Shown piece by piece: positions 22,110-29,877 of a DNA stretch of 64,000 nucleotides; within the stretch, counting starts at the first letter, position 1, and each line of letters begins with the position of its first letter. Position numbers and translations under genes: made by a program. Source of the DNA: Escherichia phage Lw1; sequence record KC801932; one strand, written 5' to 3'. The notes beneath the pieces were generated by a model that saw only the letters and a program-made list of their open reading frames with translations, searched no databases and was not told the origin of the DNA.

Positions 22110-23408
22110 ATGAGTGAAAAACATTACACAATTCACAAGTTGATGCGTCAGTCTACGCTTCCCCCTGGTAAACGCGAAAAGGTTATCAACGAAGCAACTG
22201 GAACGACCGACATCAACGTACAGAACACGCGCCCAGAACTGGTTTCTTTGACTCGCGCTGTTAACAACCTGATCTATCATGAACTGGTTGCTGTACAAGA
22301 AACAAATTTACCCGTAGCAACTCTGTTTGGTGTTCGCTATCGTAACCCTAACGGCGACATGACTTTCTCCAGCGCTGCAACCTATTCAGGCCGCATATCT
22401 GGACGTACAGACATCGACGATATCGATCTGGCTAAGGCATACGTCAAAGGCGATTTATTCAAGCACGATGTCACTGACGTTGTGTATGAGGTCATCGAAC
22501 CTGTAACGCTAAACGCGCTGGATACTGATAAAGACACCGCAATCATGAAAGCTGTGTTCCAAAGTAAAATTCGTTTGGTTAGCGAAGCCGCAGACACTTC
22601 AAAATATGAAACCAGTGAAGATATCGCATCAACCTCTTTCCAGATGGATCGCTGGAACATTCCGGTTCGTTCACGTAAGTTTAAAACTGAAATGACCGTG
22701 GAATTGATGCAGGATCTGGAAGCAAACCAGTTTGAAGCCGATGGGGTAATTGAAGATATCCTGGGTACGGTTGCAAGCGAAGAAGTCAACAAAGATATTA
22801 TTCAGACGCTGATCACCGTTTCCAAACGATATAACGTTGATGGTGTAGTTGTCGATGGTATTTTTGACGGTACAACCGCATACACTGCGAAGGATGCTCC
22901 AGCATTGGGCCGCATACTCTATCAATTAGCGTGTGAAATGGGTCAAGAAATGAATAGAACGACTTCATTTGATGCAACCTACGTCCTCGCTAGTGCTCGC
23001 GTTGTAGGCGTTCTGGCTGCGTCTGGTTGGATGACCGAAACCGACGAACAACACCCGCTGGCAACTGGTAAACTTCAAAACGGTTATTATGTCTATACCG
23101 ACACGAATACACCGTTTGATTATCTGCTTACCGGATGCAAATACGATCTGGGTGATATGGATCACGTAGGTTCTCTGTTCTTCACTCCGTACACCGAAGC
23201 GGATGAAGCAGGTTCAATCAAGGTATCCGTAGATCCTGCATCACTGCAACCGAAAGTTGCTATTCTGATGCGTTACGGTTTATCTGTGAACCCATACACA
23301 ACGGAATCCGACTCTGAACGGTTGACCAAAGGCGATGACTGGTCGAATCTGGCTGGTAAATCCAAACTCAGTCAAATCGTAGGTATTAAATTACCTAAGC
23401 TGGGTTAA
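22110..23408 (+). CDS. 24: capsid vertex protein gp24
   Basis: 432 aa; gp23 paralogue-like fold signatures (YGLSVNPYT near the C-terminus parallels gp23 YGIGINPFA); synteny. Confidence 0.85.
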   Translation: MSEKHYTIHKLMRQSTLPPGKREKVINEATGTTDINVQNTRPELVSLTRAVNNLIYHELVAVQETNLPVATLFGVRYRNPNGDMTFSSAATYSGRISGRTDIDDIDLAKAYVKGDLFKHDVTDVVYEVIEPVTLNALDTDKDTAIMKAVFQSKIRLVSEAADTSKYETSEDIASTSFQMDRWNIPVRSRKFKTEMTVELMQDLEANQFEADGVIEDILGTVASEEVNKDIIQTLITVSKRYNVDGVVVDGIFDGTTAYTAKDAPALGRILYQLACEMGQEMNRTTSFDATYVLASARVVGVLAASGWMTETDEQHPLATGKLQNGYYVYTDTNTPFDYLLTGCKYDLGDMDHVGSLFFTPYTEADEAGSIKVSVDPASLQPKVAILMRYGLSVNPYTTESDSERLTKGDDWSNLAGKSKLSQIVGIKLPKLG

Positions 23409-23426
23409 TCAAGTTTTGAGAAGACC

Positions 23427-23455
23427 ATTATAATAACAAAGATCAAGAAGGTCAA
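23427..23455 (-). promoter_or_regulatory. sigma70-like promoter (TTGACC-N17-TATAAT) reading leftward, antisense to the 3' end region of gene 24
   Basis: Minus-strand -35 = rc of GGTCAA (23450-23455), -10 = rc of ATTATA (23427-23432); mirror image of the uvsY promoter. Confidence 0.4.
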
Positions 23456-23457
23456 AC

Positions 23458-23621
23458 GAGCGAAGCGAGTTTTCACGAACGAAGTGAGTGATGGGTACTA
23501 CTAACTACATAATTATATTTTTATATTTTATATATAGAGAAAATGTAGTTTTTGGTATGGTTTTTAACCAACTGTAAACTATCCGTCTTCGCTTCGCTCA
23601 TTCATGTACTCACTTCGTTCG
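23458..23621. repeat. interleaved inverted repeats flanking an AT-rich spacer
   Basis: gagcgaagcgag (23458-23469) vs its reverse complement in cttcgcttcgctc (23587-23599); cgaacgaagtgagt (23476-23489) vs exact reverse complement actcacttcgttcg (23608-23621); core motif CGAAG(C/T)GAG occurs four times. Confidence 0.7.
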
Positions 23622-23626
23622 TAGAT

Positions 23627-23654
23627 TTGACTTCTTGATCATGATGGTTATAAT
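23627..23654 (+). promoter_or_regulatory. near-consensus sigma70-like promoter (TTGACT-N16-TATAAT) upstream of uvsY
   Basis: TTGACT 23627-23632, TATAAT 23649-23654; 24 nt upstream of the uvsY ATG. Confidence 0.6.
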
Positions 23655-23677
23655 ACTACTTTGTTTTGAGGTGATTC

Positions 23678-24100
23678 ATGGCTGAACTAAAACTTGAAGA
23701 TTTACAGGCTGAACTCGAAAAGGATATGTTGATCGACCCTCTGAAACTACAGAGTGAATCAGCAGACATTCCTAAGATTTGGTCTAAGTGGCTTCGATAT
23801 CATTCGAATGCTAAGAAAAAACTGATCCAGCTACAGGCCAGGAAAGAAGCAGAAGTGAAAGAACGGCTTCTGTACTATACTGGAAGACACGAAACCGAAA
23901 TGACTGATGTCATTTACACGGGTTCAGGTGAAATCAAGATCGCGATCAACGGTGATCCGAAAATTGTTGAGGTTAACAAACTGATTCAGTATTTCGAACT
24001 GATTGCGGAATTCACCAGTAAAGCCCTGGACATTGTTAAGAACAAAGGATATTCTATCAAAAATATGTTGGAAATCCGAAAACTTGAAAGTGGTGCATAA
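23678..24100 (+). CDS. uvsY: recombination mediator protein UvsY
   Basis: 140 aa; LEDLQAELEKDMLIDPLKLQ, YSKWL..HS, ARLLYYTGR match recalled T4 UvsY (137 aa). Confidence 0.88.
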   Translation: MAELKLEDLQAELEKDMLIDPLKLQSESADIPKIWSKWLRYHSNAKKKLIQLQARKEAEVKERLLYYTGRHETEMTDVIYTGSGEIKIAINGDPKIVEVNKLIQYFELIAEFTSKALDIVKNKGYSIKNMLEIRKLESGA

Positions 24101-24101
24101 A

Positions 24102-24284
24102 ATGGCAGAATTACAAGAAGACTGTAAATGTGTGGTTTGCAAAAGACCGATGGTGACTGCTACTGGTTTTGTTACTGAATCTGGTCCCGTGTGTGGCCCT
24201 ATCTGTGCGCAGTATTTGATTGATCGCAACAAATCCGGTCTGAATGAAGCTGACGATCTGAACGAAGTTCAGATGTTGCTATAG
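24102..24284 (+). CDS. small cysteine-rich protein (uvsY.-1/-2-like position)
   Basis: 60 aa from ATG 24102 directly after the uvsY stop; C-x-C-x-x-C ... C-x-x-x-C pattern suggests a zinc-binding module; the track ORF 24003-24284 is the same frame extended upstream. Confidence 0.5.
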   Translation: MAELQEDCKCVVCKRPMVTATGFVTESGPVCGPICAQYLIDRNKSGLNEADDLNEVQMLL

Positions 24285-24293
24285 GTGGAAATA

Positions 24294-24431
24294 TGAACGA
24301 CTATTCGAAAATCGACTTTAACGAAGTATTTCGTTTGCTGGGATTGATGGAAGAATGTGTGAACCATGTTCATTCACTTCGAATTAAATTTGAAAGTGGT
24401 TGCAATGAAGATGAACATCCATATTTTTAGG
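24294..24431 (+). CDS. small hypothetical protein (45 aa)
   Basis: ATG 24294 preceded by AGGTGGAA; below the 60-aa cutoff of the ORF track. Confidence 0.3.
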
Positions 24432-24756
24432 GTAGGTAAAAAGTTGCCATAGGCAAGACAAATCAAACTATAGGACAAACTTACGGATAGCCTAACGCCG
24501 AGGTGAGAACGTTAACTTTTGTCCGAGGCGGGTTTGAGTTCGAAACGCAAGGATCGGACGCTCTAAATACTGGTGTACCCCTTGTGGGGCTTGGGCTTGC
24601 CGTGTGGCGTACCCTTTTGCGCCGTCCGATAGAGTTTACTTTCGGCGGGGTGATTGGTAAGATACCTTCGAGTAAAGGCCAGTTAATTGTAATTCAGAAT
24701 AGTACAGCACTGAAATAAAATAAATGTATGTGTCGGAACAAACGGTTTCCGAAATT
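24432..24756. other. G+C-rich non-coding stretch with several hairpins (candidate structured RNA)
   Basis: No convincing ORF with ribosome-binding site on either strand; local hairpins such as TTGCC-ata-GGCAA, GTCCGA...TCGGAC, CGGACG...CGTCCG, TCGGAA...TTCCGA. Confidence 0.25.
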
Positions 24757-24791
24757 AAAAAGCCCCTTCCTTTCGGTTGGGGCTTTCTTTT
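24757..24791. terminator. bidirectional rho-independent terminator between the uvsY operon and uvsW.1
   Basis: AAAA-AGCCCC-ttcctttcggtt-GGGGCT-TTCTTTTT; A-run and T-run on both sides; convergent genes. Confidence 0.7.
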
Positions 24792-25021
24792 TAAAACTTC
24801 TCTTCTTCTCCGGTTTCGAGTTCGGCTTTCAGTTCTTCTCGCCGTCCCTTGATCGCGTCACGCATTGAAATATCATCGGATGCTGCGACCTCGACTTCTT
24901 TCACGCGTGTGTTGTAATACTTTTCAAGTTCTTTCAAACCGTCCAGTGTCCGGCACGAAGCAACCTTATTCATGAAATCATCAATCGCGGCTTCGTTTAC
25001 AAATTTGGTAAAACTTTTCAT
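24791..25021 (-). CDS. uvsW.1: UvsW.1-like small protein
   Basis: 76 aa ORF immediately downstream of uvsW on the same strand, as uvsW.1 in T4 (76 aa); assignment by size and synteny. Confidence 0.55.
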   Translation of the reverse strand: MKSFTKFVNEAAIDDFMNKVASCRTLDGLKELEKYYNTRVKEVEVAASDDISMRDAIKGRREELKAELETGEEEKF

Positions 25022-25030
25022 TGTAACCTC

Positions 25031-26530
25031 TTAAATGTCTACTTGTTTGATCACGTAGTCGAATCGTTCTTCGTTGTAGATCCGCACACGTTCGATCGCA
25101 TGTTTCATGCCGTAGTTCGTCGCACTGTATTTATTTTTAGCTGTTTTTGACTTCGACAGCGTAGCCAGGTTATCGACGATATCCCATACAGTTGCAAGCA
25201 GTTTCGAACCATGCTTACGAAGAACACGTCCGATTGACTGTTTCACAACAACAGCGGATTTGCAAGGATGTGCAAAAATGATGTGATGCAGGTTCTTGAT
25301 TGAAATACCTGTACTCAGTACCCCGATCGAACCGATGACGATTAAACCTTTCGTCGATTCTGCAATCTTCTTCATTTCGTTACGATCGTCAATCCCTGTA
25401 TCACCGTTAATCAGTACAACGTTATCGTAAACCTTGCTCAACTGCTCGTATAGCCATTTTCCGTGTTCTTTGTACCGGAACATCACGAATGTGTTTTCGT
25501 TCTTCTCACGGGACAGTTTAAGGGCTAATTTAAGAATCCATGAGTTGCGCCTTGTATGGCTCGTAACGTATTTGATTTCGGTCTGGTAGTCCGCACCTTT
25601 TAACTTCTTAACCTCTTCTTCTTTGTATCGAAGAAAGATTGTGTTAATTTTCAGGTTGGTGACTTGTCCATCATCCATCAGACGACGCGTATCAACTGGT
25701 TTAAAGACTTTACCGAACGCACCGATGTATTGCATCATGTTTGTTTTCCCTTCTTTCAGGGAACCGGATAAGCCCAGTTTGAAGATACATTGATCCATCG
25801 TGTCGATAATCTTTTTGATGCTCATACCTGTTGAGAGGTGGCATTCATCAACCATCAAGCACATGAACTGTTGGAACCATTCGGCAGGCATTTTAACCGC
25901 TGATTGCCAGGTTGAAACGTAAATCAACGCGTTACTGTTTTTTGCTGTGCCGGAACGGATACCAAGCATTGCCGATTTCGGGAACAGTCGATAGTTTGCG
26001 ATGTCTTCGATCATTTGGTCAACAAGTGCGGTAGTCGGAACGATAATCAACACCTTTCCGCTGTAATGTTCCAGACACCAACGAGAGATAAGCCCCTGAA
26101 TCAGAGATTTACCTGCTGATGTTGGCAGGTTCAGGACACCGCGACGGTTTTTGATACCGTGGAATACCGATTCTCTTTGATACCAGTACGGATCTATTTG
26201 TTTGTCACCGTCATAAACTGGATGGTCTTGAATCCACTTGTCAAAACTTTCCTGCGTGATATCCTCAGTTTCATGGATTTTTGGATCAACCCAGATTGAA
26301 TACCCGCGAGACTCTGCAAATTTTGATACCAGATAGGCTAACCCATACGGAAGTTTACCGTTGTAGTCCATCAGGTAGATATACCCGTTCCATCCACCAT
26401 ATTTGTATTTGGCTTGATACTGATAGCCTGGGGGCTGGAATGAAAAATAGTCACGCAGTTCATAGACTATGTTAGCGTCTGCCTGAATCTGTACGTGGCT
26501 TGTGTTTAAATATTTGACTTCAATATCCAC
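25031..26530 (-). CDS. uvsW: DNA/RNA helicase UvsW
   Basis: 499 aa; GTG start; SF2 helicase motifs (PTSAGKS, DECH, TSTG); N-terminus MDIEVKY..., size matches T4 UvsW (about 500 aa). Confidence 0.88.
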   Translation of the reverse strand: MDIEVKYLNTSHVQIQADANIVYELRDYFSFQPPGYQYQAKYKYGGWNGYIYLMDYNGKLPYGLAYLVSKFAESRGYSIWVDPKIHETEDITQESFDKWIQDHPVYDGDKQIDPYWYQRESVFHGIKNRRGVLNLPTSAGKSLIQGLISRWCLEHYSGKVLIIVPTTALVDQMIEDIANYRLFPKSAMLGIRSGTAKNSNALIYVSTWQSAVKMPAEWFQQFMCLMVDECHLSTGMSIKKIIDTMDQCIFKLGLSGSLKEGKTNMMQYIGAFGKVFKPVDTRRLMDDGQVTNLKINTIFLRYKEEEVKKLKGADYQTEIKYVTSHTRRNSWILKLALKLSREKNENTFVMFRYKEHGKWLYEQLSKVYDNVVLINGDTGIDDRNEMKKIAESTKGLIVIGSIGVLSTGISIKNLHHIIFAHPCKSAVVVKQSIGRVLRKHGSKLLATVWDIVDNLATLSKSKTAKNKYSATNYGMKHAIERVRIYNEERFDYVIKQVDI

Positions 26531-26602
26531 TATGATTACCCTATGTACATTGTATATAGGTATTTATGCAATAAATATTGGATAAACCCACTGGAGATAC
26601 CA

Positions 26603-27256
26603 ATGAAAATTGATTACGAATTAGTAGAAGGGTTCCGTGCTCTGTCTACAAAAGAACAAAAAGGCGCACTGGCTGACTATGCGCAAAGCACCTTCGATGT
26701 AAAACTGAACAAACAGAAATCATTCGATAACATGCTGGCTGATCTGGAAGCTGCTGTACCAGCGGAAGAAGATAAACCAGAACTGTTGATTGATTCGCCT
26801 GAACCGGAAATTCTGATTAAAGTTGGTGATATAACAGTCACTTCTGACGCAATGAAAGTTGAGATTGATTCGCCTGTTGATCTATCTGGTGACTTCATGC
26901 AATACGTTAAAGACGTTGCTCCTTGTGTCGCTGATCAGATCACGCTAGTTACCGATGATGTAGAACCTCCTGTAAGCGATTCTAACGAGTCCAAACCCGA
27001 TATGGCATGGTTGGATTGTTTTAGCCCTACAATCGTTCTGATGGGGCGTAGCGCTCGTTCTAATGGGTATTACACATGCCCCTGGTGGATCTACGATTGG
27101 ATTAAGAAAAATCCAGATTGGCACAAAGATCCTGACCAGTGTCCGCACTACAGCGCACGGGATACTCTCAAATCGCTGGTGTACTACATCAAGCGTGATG
27201 GACAAGTTACGGTGCGTGAAACCCGCAACAGTAGTTTCGACACCTTCAAATTTTAG
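26603..27256 (+). CDS. hypothetical protein
   Basis: 217 aa from ATG 26603 preceded by GGAG; acidic central region; no recognised family. Confidence 0.5.
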   Translation: MKIDYELVEGFRALSTKEQKGALADYAQSTFDVKLNKQKSFDNMLADLEAAVPAEEDKPELLIDSPEPEILIKVGDITVTSDAMKVEIDSPVDLSGDFMQYVKDVAPCVADQITLVTDDVEPPVSDSNESKPDMAWLDCFSPTIVLMGRSARSNGYYTCPWWIYDWIKKNPDWHKDPDQCPHYSARDTLKSLVYYIKRDGQVTVRETRNSSFDTFKF

Positions 27257-27278
27257 CACTTTTTGCTAATAAAACTTG

Positions 27279-27307
27279 TTGACCGTTACCCTGCTTTCGC
27301 GTATATT
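27279..27307 (+). promoter_or_regulatory. sigma70-like promoter TTGACC-N17-TATATT
   Basis: Hexamers at 27279-27284 and 27302-27307, upstream of ORF 27357. Confidence 0.5.
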
Positions 27308-27356
27308 TGTATTCGAAGGCGGGGGAAAGGCTCTCGCAGTGAAGAAGGAAAGCAAA

Positions 27357-27674
27357 ATGAAAAACGAAATGATGAAAAACGCTTACTATCCAGTTCTGTT
27401 TGTTTGGGGTGATGGGAAAGTTAAGAAAGTCGTCAATTCAAAAGCTCCTTATTACACTGTTGGAGAAGCTCTCCGTCATGCTGCTGAGGCTAATTATCCG
27501 GTAGCTTTCGAACCTGGTTATGCTCGTTGGAACGGTTCTAAATGGGTTGCTGATAGTTGGGATAATTACGAAGAAGAAAGAATGGAATGTGATCCTGATT
27601 ACGTTTCTCGTCAGATGGAAGCACATATGATTGCAGATCGCCGTCTTGATAACGAAGCTCGCGGTTTCTACTAA
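27357..27674 (+). CDS. hypothetical protein
   Basis: 105 aa from ATG 27357 preceded by GAAGGAAAG; terminator follows. Confidence 0.5.
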   Translation: MKNEMMKNAYYPVLFVWGDGKVKKVVNSKAPYYTVGEALRHAAEANYPVAFEPGYARWNGSKWVADSWDNYEEERMECDPDYVSRQMEAHMIADRRLDNEARGFY

Positions 27675-27682
27675 AATTTGAA

Positions 27683-27706
27683 AGGGGCTACGGCCCCTTT
27701 TTTCAT
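27683..27706 (+). terminator. rho-independent terminator
   Basis: GGGGC-tacg-GCCCC followed by TTTTTT. Confidence 0.7.
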
Positions 27707-27715
27707 AGGTGAATT

Positions 27716-28279
27716 ATGTTGAACCATGAATGTTTGAAAGATTTAAGTGACGGTAAAGAGATCGGGAACGTTATATTTCTCGATATTGATGGAGTTCTAA
27801 ATAATATGCGGTCTATGAAATTCGGTGAACATATGGACATCGAATGTGCGCGACACTTGCGCCGGATCGTGAACCATGCAGATTGTGATATCGTTGTTTC
27901 TTCAACATGGCGTATAGGAAACACGACACACAACCTACGTGAAATTCTGTACCCCTGGGGGCTTTATCGCGTTATCGGTCGAACTTGTAGTAATATGCAG
28001 GGTGCTTACCAACGTGGGGATGAAATCAAGGCATGGATCGACGCTTTCGGATGTAAGAATTATCTTATTCTGGATGATGATCGCGACATGTTACAGGAAC
28101 AGAATGAACACTTCATTCGAACCGATCCTTACATTGGGTTGACAGAAGAACAATCAACCTTTGCGATCCGTAATATATTTGGAATAACGACCCCGTTTTG
28201 TCCTGAATGCAATGGCTACGGGCGCGTGAATGAATATGATAAATGCGGTAGCTGCAACGGTAAAATTTTACGTCTATAA
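27716..28279 (+). CDS. HAD-superfamily phosphatase-like protein with C-terminal zinc ribbon
   Basis: 187 aa; N-terminal VIFLDIDGVLNN is the HAD motif I (DxDGxL); C-terminal C-P-E-C...C-G-S-C. Confidence 0.55.
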   Translation: MLNHECLKDLSDGKEIGNVIFLDIDGVLNNMRSMKFGEHMDIECARHLRRIVNHADCDIVVSSTWRIGNTTHNLREILYPWGLYRVIGRTCSNMQGAYQRGDEIKAWIDAFGCKNYLILDDDRDMLQEQNEHFIRTDPYIGLTEEQSTFAIRNIFGITTPFCPECNGYGRVNEYDKCGSCNGKILRL

Positions 28280-28282
28280 ATA
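28275..28282 (+). promoter_or_regulatory. T4-type late promoter core TATAAATA
   Basis: Exact TATAAATA, 25 nt upstream of ORF 28307. Confidence 0.5.
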
Positions 28283-28306
28283 TAGAAAAATTAAGAGGTT
28301 TCAACA

Positions 28307-28810
28307 ATGGCTACTGAAAAATGGACTACGGTTCACCCTATCCCGTGGCGTAATACCAGTTTTACCTATCTCCCGTGGTGGATCTTCGATATTATCGTTG
28401 CTGCTAATACGGCTGGTGATGACTGGCGAGGTTACGCCGAAGAAAAATATGCGAAAGAATTCGACACTCTGAAACAGGCATACATCGATTATACCGATGT
28501 TGATTTCATCGAATCTCGCAACGGTTATCTGTATAAACTGAGTGATTTTACTCCTGCTGATCCTGTCGTAACAATTACACCAAAAACCGCTCCTGCTGAT
28601 TTCAAAGTAGGTGATGCTGACCTAGCTGCAACTGATCTGTTTACCATCGATCCTTCTGGTACAGCAATGACTCTGAGTGTTGACTCTTCCGGTCATGGTT
28701 CTATCGTTGGTGGTAAACTCCATGCGGTTAGTGAAGGTGATGTTGTCGTAACAGCAACCTCTGGATCTGTTACTGCAACTCTGACGGTAAACGTTAAACC
28801 TGCACTATAA
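28307..28810 (+). CDS. hypothetical protein with C-terminal bacterial Ig-like (Big_2-type) domain
   Basis: 167 aa; C-terminal 80 aa (FKVGDADLAATDLFTIDPSG...LHAVSEGDVVVTATSGSVTATLTVNV) fits the Big_2 pattern. Confidence 0.6.
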   Translation: MATEKWTTVHPIPWRNTSFTYLPWWIFDIIVAANTAGDDWRGYAEEKYAKEFDTLKQAYIDYTDVDFIESRNGYLYKLSDFTPADPVVTITPKTAPADFKVGDADLAATDLFTIDPSGTAMTLSVDSSGHGSIVGGKLHAVSEGDVVVTATSGSVTATLTVNVKPAL

Positions 28811-28827
28811 CAACTAAGAAGGTAAAA

Positions 28828-29328
28828 ATGCTGCTATTTGAATTCAATGATGTATTCGCAAAATTCAGCGATGCAATCGAAGCTAAATTTGGCAAACGTC
28901 CACAAAACATGACAGAAACAGAATATAACGATGCTGTTTCGTCCCTGGTTCGTACAGATTTCTATGAAAAGCTGGCGATCGAGGTTTTGGGCTGGGATAT
29001 GATGAAATGGGGTATGACTTATCGCGATCGCGAAGTCGGTTTTATTCTCGTCAACGAAGTCAAAAGCCCGTCCTGGGTGAATAACCAGAAAATAGCATAT
29101 ATGGATAAAGTATGTGCGGAAATGGGGATTGTTCGACTGGACTTCTGGACTTGCCGTGATCTGAACGAACTGAAAGGTCACGCGTACCGTTGCCCGTTGA
29201 TTTCTCGCAATGAGAAACACCGTCAAGCATGGGATAGCGCTGGGAAATATCGTAGCGTGTTCCTGAACGACGACATTAACATCACTATTCAGGACGTGAA
29301 TCGAGCGTTCACTGAATACCATCCATAA
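28828..29328 (+). CDS. hypothetical protein
   Basis: 166 aa ORF with AGGT upstream; no recognised family. Confidence 0.5.
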   Translation: MLLFEFNDVFAKFSDAIEAKFGKRPQNMTETEYNDAVSSLVRTDFYEKLAIEVLGWDMMKWGMTYRDREVGFILVNEVKSPSWVNNQKIAYMDKVCAEMGIVRLDFWTCRDLNELKGHAYRCPLISRNEKHRQAWDSAGKYRSVFLNDDINITIQDVNRAFTEYHP

Positions 29329-29330
29329 TA

Positions 29331-29360
29331 AAAAAGGGAACCGCAATGGTTCCCTTTCTT
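29331..29360. terminator. bidirectional terminator between convergent genes
   Basis: AAAAA-GGGAACC-gcaat-GGTTCCC-TTTCTT. Confidence 0.6.
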
Positions 29361-29828
29361 CTAGGCTATTTTTCTTATTTCTTTCAAGGCTTCTTCTTTG
29401 CTTCCAACGAAGAGGATCGCTTTACCTCCGGCTTTTCTGAATGGCAACACGGCTTTTGCTCTGTCGTCTATCAGTATGCCCTGGCTCGCGTAGGCTGCTT
29501 TGTCTTTGCTGCTTTTGGTGTAGTGGAATTCAGGTAAGTATCCCAATTCTCTCAACAGCGCTTTTTTCTTCTGTTCTGCTACTTCTTCTGAATCATACTT
29601 CCCAACACTGGTCAAGATCGCAACCTGTCCCAATGTTTTCAGGTGGTGGAACAATTCAAACCCTTCTTTTAAAGGTTTCAGGTTTTCGTAGAAGTCGGTT
29701 TTTGCGATTGCTTGTTTAGCCTTTTTCAGTTCTTCTTCTGGCATTCTCGCCGGATCACCATACATCGGTATGAAAGAACCTTCCCAATCAAACAGTACAC
29801 CATCCATATCAAAGAAAAACTTATTCAT
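29361..29828 (-). CDS. HAD-family 5'(3')-deoxyribonucleotidase-like protein
   Basis: 155 aa from ATG at 29828 (GAGG upstream); N-terminal FFFDMDGVLFDW matches the DMDGVL motif of 5'(3')-deoxyribonucleotidases; the track ORF extends to 29915 but overlaps the upstream gene. Confidence 0.6.
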   Translation of the reverse strand: MNKFFFDMDGVLFDWEGSFIPMYGDPARMPEEELKKAKQAIAKTDFYENLKPLKEGFELFHHLKTLGQVAILTSVGKYDSEEVAEQKKKALLRELGYLPEFHYTKSSKDKAAYASQGILIDDRAKAVLPFRKAGGKAILFVGSKEEALKEIRKIA

Positions 29829-29877
29829 ATCAATTCCTCGCCTTGTGTGTGCATAATATTCATATATGTTCTCATTG

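Noticed and set aside
24510-24560. tRNA-like T-loop sequence GAGTTCGAAAC
   Set aside because: The flanking sequences do not form a T-stem, and there is no acceptor stem or CCA context; not a tRNA by inspection
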